Source: Neophaeotheca triangularis
Taxonomy: Eukaryota
Length of the DNA stretch: 64,000 nt
NCBI GenBank assembly: GCA_054600435.1
Contig: BAAIJX010000017.1
Coordinates: 186,001-250,000, forward strand
Direction: 5' to 3'
A program made the position numbers and the translations under genes. How positions within the stretch are numbered: the stretch's first letter is position 1; each line of letters starts with the position of its first letter. This document shows positions 45,330-54,152 of this stretch, one piece after another. The notes beneath the pieces are model-generated. The model was not told where the DNA came from, ran no database searches, and saw only the letters and a program-made list of their open reading frames with translations.

Positions 45330-46980
45330 CCATGCGGTGCCCGGTCTCGGCAATAACCTGGCGGAGATCGTGACTGTGCTGATGGTCAAAGCCAAAGAGC
45401 CTCTCATGTACCTGGACCACCGCCAGAAACCTCTTTCCCCTTTCCTCTAGCGGCTCTAACCAAATGATTGATAGTTGAATTCTCAAGTGAACGCAGCGTC
45501 CCGAGATTGTCCCCTCAGTGTCTTGAATGCTTCCACGACCCGCGTTAAAAAAAATTCCTTGCCTTGTCAAGACTCTCCTGCTGGTGATGTACCGCCACAA
45601 GAAACGCACGGGCATGCGCGATCTCGTAATTGTCCCGCATGCACAAGTGTCTCGCAACCATCTAGGGAGCCTGCCTAAACATTTTTTCTTCGGCCTTGTC
45701 TAGCCTGCCCTGTTTCGCGTAGATGGAGGCGCAAACGCACTGTAGTGGCGACAAGTGATTGCGTCCACACTCGCGCCCTTGTGAGGCGCGCGAAAACGTC
45801 TGTTCGGTATCGCCTGGCCTGTTGTGTTGACCTATTCGTAGGATGCCTTAGCTGTCGGTTGTATGCGATGTGTATGGGTGGCCGTGACCGACTGTCCTCT
45901 TTACACCTAATCCTTCTGCCGCATTTCGGAGCAAATTTTGTGTCTCAACCAGCTGATAACATGTCTAAGTTGGCAGCGACGTAAAGTGTCGAGGTGTGCT
46001 CGTGTCCAAAAGCTTTCTGCTTGCCTTTAGAGCGCGCTCTTGTACCGTTCCTCGGCCTCGTCTAGCCTGTCCTGTGGTTCGTAAACTACTTGGTGGAAGG
46101 TGTTTATTGGCTCAAACGTCGATGGATGGTCCCTTCTGACCTCCTTTCAGGGCATGCATAATCATTTTTCCGGCTTGGACGAACTTGCCTTTGGCTCGGC
46201 GGATGTTTTCCATGTTGTGAACTAAATCAAGCGGCGATCGATCCTCGGCTCCTAATGCTTTCTCCGTTCCTTCAAGTGCCTGCGCATACAAGTGCTTGGC
46301 CTCGTCTATGATATAGCTTGCCCTGTCCACTGAAGACGTTGCCCAAAGAATTGAAGTTTGCCAGCTTCCACGAGTGGTAGCGGTCGTCTATTTTGCATCC
46401 TTGAAACGCCCGCCTCAACATCTTTTCGGTCTTATACACCCTACCCTGCCTCAGATAAAGCTGGCCCAACTTATATAAAACACGGATCGTGTTTGTGTCA
46501 GCGTCCTCGTCGGCCGGCTTAGCATCCTTGTGGCCTCGAGCTTAGTTTGCATGGCGAAGAAGCCGGCGTTCCTCCACCCACCTCATCGTTACTGCGCGTC
46601 TTGATCAGGTGCGTGCCCGCCTACATACACACCACAGGGCAAGCTTGGCCAATGTATCGTTCCGGTCATCGTCCACAACATGCTTCGTCCACGAGTGAAC
46701 GCAGCTGTGCATGCTGCCTCCTTGTGACTCATGGCTGTTGAAGGCCTTTACCGAGTCTGCTTCGACAAGTGCATGTTCGCACCGCACTCTCAATGCCGCA
46801 TCGAAGCTCAGGTGGTCCTCCTTCAGTTCCGAGAACCACTCTGGAGTATCTTCCGTGTCGCCGGCCTGCAGGAGCTCCCGATTGTCTAGATAAGCTGACA
46901 GCTGCAAAATTTTCGCTCCTAGTTGGCCGACCCGACCTTCGTTCTTGACATGCTCAAGGCAAACTTTTTAGGTCATCGTC
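45330..46980 (-). pseudogene. Degenerate NB-ARC/TPR (fungal NLR-type, kinesin-light-chain-like TPR) gene
   Basis: Fragments T*KVCLEHVK..AKILQLSAYLDN, MHSCVHSWTKHV, LYLRQGRVYKTEKMLRRAFQG, EAKHLYAQALEGTEKALG, QDRLDEAEERYKSAL*, KAFGHEHTSTL, YAKQGRLDKAEE, ERLFGFDH lie in several frames with stops. Confidence 0.8.
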
Positions 46981-47698
46981 TCCGTTACTCGGAATGAGCC
47001 AGGCTGCGTAGGTGACACCCAGCGTCACAGCATGCGACACCTGTTTGTATTGTACGTTGCGGATCATATCGCAAAAGTGAGGAACCAGCTGGTGTGCTGG
47101 CGATTGGGGGTACGTGAAGCCCTGGAGCCTGAAGGCAATTTCTTGACTGTGAAGTTGCCTTGTTGATCCCTGTCGGTTGTGTTGCAGGTTGACTTCGCTT
47201 CACGGCCGCGCCGCATTCGTGCTCTTATGAAGGTGGCTGTCTGATATTATTTGCATTACAAGGCTACATAGGTACTTGTATCAACGCGCTTTGGAATAAT
47301 AGAATGGAACGCAACTTTATAAAAGTATGTTACATCCTGGATAATGCTTCTCAACTCCTCACTCGCCTTTTCGGGGTCGAGAAACAGTTCCCCCTTCATC
47401 TGATAGCGTCCAGTACTAAACGCTTTTAGCCACGCATCTGTTCTGTTGATTGCGTTCTTTCGATATGCACGCCTCGTTTCTTTTTGCACCGAAAAGAGCG
47501 ATGGTTCCCTGCGTGGCTCTTGGGCCCAGAAACAAAGCATTTCGAAATGCAAGACGGCGCTCAGTGCACTTCACCGGGCTCATCGCACTGAGAAGCCCCA
47601 AGTTCGTTCTCCCTCTGACCTCTATGAAGTGATTATCAGCAATTCGAACCTCAAACCAGAAACTCTCAAATCGTCCGCCTCGCGCTGCACTCCAAAAC

Positions 47699-48856
47699 TC
47701 ACGGCGGCGCAGGCAACCTGCTAGCATCCGCGCCCCTAGCCACAATGTCCTCGGTGATGACCCTCGCGCGATCAGTGTACAGCGCCTTGTAAGCCGAGCG
47801 AATGGTGGAGTCGCTAACTTTAGCGACCTCGCCAATTTCCTTCCAAGAGCGCGGGTCGCCCATCAGCTGGCCCATCATGTAGATGCAAGCAGCAGCAGAC
47901 GAGAGCGGGGAGCGGCCGGCCAGAGAACCGAAACGCTCCATTTGGTCGGCGAGAGCGCGCGCGCACAGCCCGGCTTTGGCGTCATAGCCCAGTTCGTTGC
48001 AGAAGCGCTCGACGAGAAGGGCGGGGGAGTTTTGGGTTGTGCGGAGTGGTTCTTGGCTGGAGGGTGGTGCGGCTGAGTACGGGATGTTAATTGAGGAAGG
48101 AGGGGCTAGGGTTAGTGAGGAAAACAACTTACCCACACCGGGAACGTTGGAGCTGGCGTCGTTCTGGCGTCTCTTTTCCGCGTGCTTCTTTTGGGTGAAC
48201 TGCTCGAGCTGCTTGAAAGTGCGGCCGATCTCTTTCTTGCTAAGCTTGGTCTTCTCCATGACTTCGCGGAAAGAGCGCTCGGAACCATTTACACGTGAAG
48301 CCAGGAACACGCAGCTAGCGGCCATGGCTAGCACGCTTTTACCCTTGAAGTACTTGCTCTCTTCCGCGTCCTTGTAAAGGTGCTTGGCAGAGTCCGCAAC
48401 GTTGCCAGACATGGAGAAGCTGTCACAGAGATTGCCGATGACCTTGTAGGCTTGCAAAAGAGTCTTGTTACCCTTGTCGTAGGTGGACTTGTTCTGCGCG
48501 CGGTGGAGCTCCTTGTTGCGAAGGCCACCATCACCGAAGGAGATTTGCGTCTCGAGCTGCGCTCCGTTGAGAAGTGCGTTGGGGCCATCGCCGACACGGC
48601 TAGGATCGTCGTTGCCCTGCTCGTCGTTGTTGAAAGTACGCCACTCGGAGCTCTGGTCGACGGAACGCTGTTGCAAGACCAAGCCGCAGCTTCCACAGAT
48701 CATGTCGCCTGACTGATGGTCCTCGTGCAAATCAGGCGGATCCTCGCGACAGTCCTTACAAATCAACCTCACATTCAAGTTTTCCACCCACTCGGGATTT
48801 GCGATGGCCTGAGGCGCATCCTCGCGCACTTCGCCAGGCGAGAGTACTTGGGCCAT
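47699..48856 (-). CDS. SUA7: Transcription initiation factor TFIIB
   Basis: Zn ribbon CKDC...CGSCG, B-reader SEWRTF, DPSRVG, cyclin folds (GRSPLSSAAACIY, VSDSTIRSAY). Probable 60-nt in-frame intron 48073-48132. Confidence 0.95.
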   Translation of the reverse strand: MAQVLSPGEVREDAPQAIANPEWVENLNVRLICKDCREDPPDLHEDHQSGDMICGSCGLVLQQRSVDQSSEWRTFNNDEQGNDDPSRVGDGPNALLNGAQLETQISFGDGGLRNKELHRAQNKSTYDKGNKTLLQAYKVIGNLCDSFSMSGNVADSAKHLYKDAEESKYFKGKSVLAMAASCVFLASRVNGSERSFREVMEKTKLSKKEIGRTFKQLEQFTQKKHAEKRRQNDASSNVPGVGKLFSSLTLAPPSSINIPYSAAPPSSQEPLRTTQNSPALLVERFCNELGYDAKAGLCARALADQMERFGSLAGRSPLSSAAACIYMMGQLMGDPRSWKEIGEVAKVSDSTIRSAYKALYTDRARVITEDIVARGADASRLPAPP

Positions 48857-49531
48857 TGTGGCTAGCGGCTTGCGGTCGGTCGGAGTGGGGTCCTTGGTGA
48901 CCGTAAACTGCAGCCTTTGCTTCGCGCGCTTTTTGATGCCCTTTGAGGTCTTACGGATGTGGTGGTTCTGCGCGTAGCAGCGGATGAAGAGTGGAGAATA
49001 CGTGGTGGGCAACGTTTGAGAGGTGTCGGCTGGTCTGTGGGAGATTGCAGCGAGTGACGGAAGAGTAGGATATTTGTAGGCAAGCAGCCGTTACTTGTTC
49101 GCACGTGTTGGTTGTGACGGGAGTTCTTTTAAGTGCGTGCAGGTGAATAGTCAGCGGTGATCCAGAGCCTGCAACCAGTGAAGGCGTCCGTGAGATCGTC
49201 GAGCGGTGCTTCTTCGTTCTCGCAGAGGATGGCTTATGGTGGAACACTTGACGTTGACTGCGGCGAGGATGAGGTGGTGGAGAAGGAGGTAAGGTTGGCG
49301 ACGGAATGTGGTGGAAGAATAAGGTATGCCTTTGTCGCCGCCTGCCATGGCTTTGCTGAGGACAATGCCAAGGATCAGTAGTGAGGCACGTGATTCAAAG
49401 ATATGTGCCAAGGCCGGGACTTTCCGCTGGACTTCGACCTCAGCGGAGAAGATTGAAGCTCCAGGAGGACGACGAGAGAGGCGCGATTGACTTTCAGAAA
49501 CGAGGAAACATCCACCACATCACCACACATC

Positions 49532-50046
49532 ATGTTCACTTCATCCCTCAGGGCCTCGGTATGTACACCACTCGATTCGCCTCGGTCAGGCGACTAACAA
49601 CCATCAAGCGCCAATCTCTTGCCAGAGCCACCAGGCAATCTAACACGGCCGCTCTCCGCCGTACCTTTGTCGCTCCTACCGCGACCAGACAAGGTGAGCC
49701 TTACCCCCAGCTATCTCAACCACTCCATCGTGATCCTCAGGACCCTCAACTAACTTCTCCTCCTCTCCAACTCCCAGCCGACATGGTCCAAGACATGTAC
49801 CTCCGCGAGCTCAAAGCCTACAAGGCACCCCCAGTCAAGGCCGGCGACGCCGAGCAGCACGTCCAGAAATTCAAAATGCCCGCGGCGCCCAAGTCGCCCG
49901 AAGAAGCCGACATGGCCAGCGAGTTGAAGGCCTACGAGGACCAGGCCGTGGAGGTTGAGGGCGCGAGTACTGGCGGTCAGGAGGGTGCTGCTGTTGAGAA
50001 GGATTGGTTTGAGGAGCCTGAGGAGGAGGAGGATGTTAAGCACTAA
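49532..50046 (+). CDS. ATP14: Mitochondrial ATP synthase subunit h
   Basis: Exons 49532-49558, 49609-49693, 49778-50046; DMVQDMYLRELKAYK...HVQKF..P..PKSPEE motif. Confidence 0.9.
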
Positions 50047-50783
50047 ATGAGAATGGTCGGCGGAGTGTGGGAGATGCCAGGGATGGGGCAGGGGTAGGCC
50101 GGAGACAGCTTTGTGTATATCTACCTGTTGCAGCTGTGGCTTCCGCGCAGTGCTTGCATCTCCTCTCCCCACCGTAGTGGTGGTAGCAATGGCTTTCTAC
50201 GGCACGCTTCGGTAGGTTAATTCTAACATTTTAGGCCATCATGGACAGGGTAAAAGGGGAGAGGCCAAAACTGGGGCAGCCGGACACCTCTTTTTTTGCC
50301 AAATGCAGCAGCAAGAGTATGGAAAACACAACACCACTGAGCATTATACGTCCTACACGCAGCATCTACCAAAGACAAACATAGCCTTACAAAAAGCTTC
50401 CCCCAAAACCACCGCCAAACCAAGGACAAGCGCCAACAAGCACTAAAACCAGCACACCAGACTCAACACTACCCGCCATTGACACCGAGGCACTTTCAAG
50501 CACTGGGGACCAGATTCCGACTCTACCCAAACTCGCACCAAACTCCGTTCAACAGAACATCAATCCGATACCTCTCTAAACCCAAACCGCAAGTAGTATC
50601 AAAACCCCCCGTCACCAGTAACCACGAACGTACAAAACTATCCCTTTACAAAAATCCACCAGAGAACGTGTTCAATCTTCCATAGCCAAATCCCCCTAAC
50701 CCAAATCACCACTACCACCACGACCACAAGAACCCGATGACCAGCCACATACTCCCCAAACAGCCCTGGCCAACCTCACCGCA

Positions 50784-50981
50784 ATCTAGGGCGGCGAGCC
50801 GATTCCTCACTACACATGCAAGATTGGTGGAAGGAATTCGGCGGGAAAGTCTCGTTGTCGTCGCCTGGAAGACTCGCTCCTGGGAGAAGCGGGTGGAAGG
50901 GAAGCAGAAAAATCTACCGGGGTGGGACTGGCGGGCCCCTCGAGGTTTCTTCTTCGAGCCAACTGCGATCGCCGCCCAGAT
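50784..50981 (+). ncRNA. Candidate structured RNA (multibranch; some RNase P/MRP-like motifs)
   Basis: Closing stem ATCTaGGGCGGCGA/TCGCCGCCCAGAT encloses several hairpins; identity unconfirmed. Confidence 0.35.
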
Positions 50982-51296
50982 CAGCCAACTACATCCTTAC
51001 TTTAGGTACAGCGCAGACGTACCCAACTTACGCAACTTCGCAGTCCGCGGTCCTACTTGGATACAAAAAGAAACGTCACGTCACGCTGCAAGAGCATACT
51101 AGCACCTTAAACAGAAACATCAGGTGCCAATCGATGAGCACGGCAAGAAGAGAAACACCGTTGATCACGTCTATAGCAATTCGTGAGAACGAAATATCCT
51201 TGATAAAGTGCTGTCATCTGTATAGAACCCTCACACGCTAAGCGATGCGGACCCAACGCCACGCCGTAGTAACAGATTCCCGAACGCCCCAGGACA

Positions 51297-53153
51297 TTAT
51301 CGTAAATCGCCCTTAACAAAAGCATCTCCGCCATTCCCCGTCACAGCAGCAGTGGCTTGCGCCATTCGAGCCGGGGGAGTCAAAACCGCAGTCGTGGACT
51401 TGTCTTTACAACCGAACCAGCCGGGAGTCTTGCACGAAGTACTGCTGCTAGAGGTCAGGCTGCTGGGCTCAGCCACCGTGCTAGTGGGAGTCGTGATGGT
51501 AGTCGCCACCGTCGTGGTAGTTGGGTCTTTACACCCAAACCACCCGGGAGTCTTGCAAGTCGAGGTGCTAGAGGAAGAAGTAGTAGTGGTGATGGGAGCG
51601 GTAGTGGTGGAGGGGTCGAGACAGCCCCACCAGCCGGGAGTGTGGCACGTTTCGGTGCGAGTGACTGTCGTGGTGGAAGCAGTGGACGAGGAAGTGAGAG
51701 ATGTGGTCGTGGAGCTGCTGTTGCTCTCGTAGAATTTCCACAAGGGGCAGTCTTGGCACTCGATGTCTTCTTCGCAGGCGGGAACGGTGTCATATTTGGA
51801 GATCACGTCTTTGATAACGCTGGTGATGCGGTGGGTTCCGAGGCTCACGCGCCAGCCTAGATCGCCGACGGTATCGTATTGGCAGGTTTGGCCCGTGTGG
51901 CAGAGGCCTTGGAAGGCGTAGCCGCCGATTGTGCAGAAAGAGAAGGCGGAGTTGCAGGTTCCCATGAAGATTGGGTCGGCTGTATGGCCGAAGTGGTAGA
52001 TGCCTGTTTTGGGGCGGGCTTGGTGGGAGCCCAAGTGGTAACCTGGGGGTACGGGGAGACCGAGGCGAGAGGCGGCCATGGCGTCTGGGAAGGCTTCGAA
52101 GGTAAGGACAGGGAGGCCGTACGTTAGGCCTAGAAGGGATGAGACGACGCCGCCGAGAGAATGGCCCGACATCCAGACTTCGGATTCCGGGTAGCGCTCC
52201 GTGACGTTGTGGTAGAGGTCGCGGACGGCGGTGTAGTAGTGGCTTTTCTCCTCAAGTTCACGACGTAGACAGGTGGAGTTGCAAGTGTACGTGCTGGTCA
52301 TGCAATCGCAGACTTGCTTCCATTGGTACTGGCCACCCTGACCGCAGCAGCAGGAGCCGAAGAGGTTGTCGTTCGTCTTATCGTTGCCGGTTGTTTCAGC
52401 GCCATCGAAGACGGCCATGGATGTTCCTTTCAGACCGACGACGACCGTTCCGTTCGTCTTGTCCGCGAAGATGTGGCCACGCAGCCCATCGGCCTCCCAT
52501 CCAAAATCCTCGGTGTAATTGAAGCCTCCTCCCACCTCTTGCCACTCCCCTGTTCCCTCTGTAAGTGTGTAGGCGTTGTTTGCCATGCGAGCCATGCTCA
52601 GAATTGTCTCTTTGTCGGTGATGTTCGGGCCAGCGATCTCGTCTGTCGTCCATGCTGTAGGAGGAAGCGAAAGCGTTTCCCCCCTTGCGCGCGCAGTGCC
52701 CAATAGTTTATCGATTGTTTCCGGCGTGCGATCGACCATTCGCTGTATGTTCATGGAGCGAGCTTTTGCCTGCAGCGTCTCTGGTGCAGGCTCGTACGTC
52801 GCACCATAGTCGTCGGAGACTTGCAACTTGGCGTCGGCTGGCACATCGATATATCGATGTAGATTTGGGTACTTGTGCGAGCCGTGGTGGTAGATGTGTC
52901 GAAGCGTGAACTGGTGATCGGCCAAATGCCTCGACGGTCGTTCAGCCTCTCCGACCAGCCCCGGAGGCAGGATGTATGGGTTCTGCTCGGCTAATCGTTG
53001 CCTGGGTGGTCTGGCGGCGGATGTGAAATCGAAAAGGCCCGCCACCAGCAACAGTAGGCAGACGAGCCAGACGTTACGGCTCGGTGTTTGGCGCATAGTG
53101 TGTGGTTGATGTCCTCTGGGAGGTGTAACAGAAAGAAAAGTAGGACATCTCAT
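51297..53153 (-). CDS. ATG15: Autophagy lipase Atg15
   Basis: N-terminal TM, FTLRHIYHHG, FGWEADGLRGHIF, DKTNDNLFGSCCC, GHSLGG nucleophile, HFGHTADPIFMG. The start could be 53096. Confidence 0.95.
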   Translation of the reverse strand: MRCPTFLSVTPPRGHQPHTMRQTPSRNVWLVCLLLLVAGLFDFTSAARPPRQRLAEQNPYILPPGLVGEAERPSRHLADHQFTLRHIYHHGSHKYPNLHRYIDVPADAKLQVSDDYGATYEPAPETLQAKARSMNIQRMVDRTPETIDKLLGTARARGETLSLPPTAWTTDEIAGPNITDKETILSMARMANNAYTLTEGTGEWQEVGGGFNYTEDFGWEADGLRGHIFADKTNGTVVVGLKGTSMAVFDGAETTGNDKTNDNLFGSCCCGQGGQYQWKQVCDCMTSTYTCNSTCLRRELEEKSHYYTAVRDLYHNVTERYPESEVWMSGHSLGGVVSSLLGLTYGLPVLTFEAFPDAMAASRLGLPVPPGYHLGSHQARPKTGIYHFGHTADPIFMGTCNSAFSFCTIGGYAFQGLCHTGQTCQYDTVGDLGWRVSLGTHRITSVIKDVISKYDTVPACEEDIECQDCPLWKFYESNSSSTTTSLTSSSTASTTTVTRTETCHTPGWWGCLDPSTTTAPITTTTSSSSTSTCKTPGWFGCKDPTTTTVATTITTPTSTVAEPSSLTSSSSTSCKTPGWFGCKDKSTTAVLTPPARMAQATAAVTGNGGDAFVKGDLR

Positions 53154-54011
53154 AGGTGTGGGAGGCGATGAGAGGAGAGGGATGGCGGTCCGAATCGTGA
53201 TGTCTTGTGACTAGAGAATCGTCTCGTCTCGTCTCGTCTCGTTCGGTCAGGTGTATAAGGTACCTTAAGGTATGTATGTGATGATGGGATGCAGTGTGCA
53301 GGAGTGCGGCTCTGCTGGCGCCTGCAGGTGGACATCAACAAGTGCGTCATCCGGGGAAAGCGCGATGATGGAGGCACCGGACGCTCAGACCAGGCAGCAG
53401 CTTTGCGAGCGGGGTGAAAGGTGAAAGGTGAAAGGGGGAAGAGATAAGGTAACAACAAAACAGCGATAACGATAGGAGATAAAGAGAGACGGCACCGGAG
53501 ACCGGAGGCAACAACAACGTTAACGGCCAAGGCAACAAGACAGAGTTCAAGCGGCGTAGGCCAGAGCATCGCCAAGACCCACGAGGCCCCTCTATTCATG
53601 TACAGTACAGTATAGTATACCTTACCTGGTACTTCTTCCTCTTTCGTAGCGAGTACGGTACAGTACTTACCTAGGTAGTGCTGCCTGGTCTACCTTTGTC
53701 ATCTTCTGAATCGATCCAATATCACCAAATAATATCAATGACGGGATTCAGCGAGCTGGTCTCGAGTTGATTACCTTACCTAGCTATTGATCAAGGTACC
53801 TACCTTCGCTTGACCTGTGAGACAAGCGCACTGCTACAGGCTCCGCGTGAGTTGGCAAGTTTATCTGATCTGATCTCATGCCATCCACCATCACCTGCAT
53901 TCTACCTTACCTTACGTCGGGGTACGAAGTACTCTCAGCACAGCACAGCACAGCACGAGCACGTGGAGTCTTCGGACTACCTAGGTAGTAGCAACCTTAG
54001 TCTTGCACTGC

Positions 54012-54014
54012 TTA

Positions 54015-54050
<36 letters not shown>
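54012..54050. repeat. (TTA)n microsatellite in the leader of the VPS9-domain gene
   Basis: Read directly. Confidence 0.9.
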
Positions 54051-54152
54051 GCATTCTTCCTCTTCTTATTTTCACACACGCTCTGGTCGCTGCGTCTGCT
54101 CCTTTCTATACCGAGCAGAGGCTTTATTCGCTATCGCTCGCTGATCGTGAAC

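Noticed and set aside
47256..47552. 98-aa ORF downstream of SUA7
   Set aside because: Non-ATG start, no recognisable domain, no clear link to the NLR relic.
50694..50702. CCCTAACCC as a telomerase RNA template
   Set aside because: It lies in a C/A-rich tract where it is likely by chance; the intergenic space (about 1.2 kb) is short for known filamentous-fungal TERs, and no CR4/5 (P6.1) element was recognised.
54003..54152. Poly-Leu signal-like N-terminus on the VPS9 ORF
   Set aside because: Artefact of translating the (TTA)n microsatellite from a TTG start; the first ATG is 54153.
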